64,000 nt of DNA from Octopus sinensis (lineage: Eukaryota): assembly GCF_006345805.1 (NCBI RefSeq), contig NC_043020.1, forward strand, positions 1-64,000. Direction: 5' to 3'. Shown here one piece after another: positions 63,981-64,000 of this stretch. Under the pieces are notes generated by a model. It made no database searches, was not told the origin of the DNA, and saw only the letters and a program-made list of their open reading frames with translations. The translations under genes and the position numbers were made by a program. Within the stretch, counting starts at the first letter, position 1. Every line of letters starts with the position of its first letter.

Positions 63981-64000
63981 GATACTTTGCAGCAGTTTCT

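Overview
Eukaryotic, AT-rich, microsatellite-saturated DNA, very probably from an octopus (inferred from the tRNA-derived SINE families, the RTE tails and the (TA)n/(CATA)n/(GATA)n load). I found no host protein-coding gene that I can support. Almost all listed ORFs are microsatellite translations or transposon remnants. The window holds a nested TE landscape: at least 5 SINE families; RTE, RTE-X-like and CR1 LINE 3' fragments; two hAT transposase fossils; mariner/Tc1 derivatives; piggyBac-like, hAT and Merlin-like MITEs; non-autonomous Helitrons; and Penelope-like terminal repeats. The best leads are: (1) minimal hammerhead ribozyme folds in three Penelope-like repeat families; (2) SINE dimers and trimers with one fixed junction, each inside a single TSD pair; (3) five inverted duplications centred on (TA)n tracts; (4) a sharp onset of CpG decay after about 57-59 kb, suggesting a methylated gene body downstream of a promoter near 54 kb; (5) Merlin-like MITEs carrying telomeric repeats. 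Coordinates were read by eye and may be off by a few bases.
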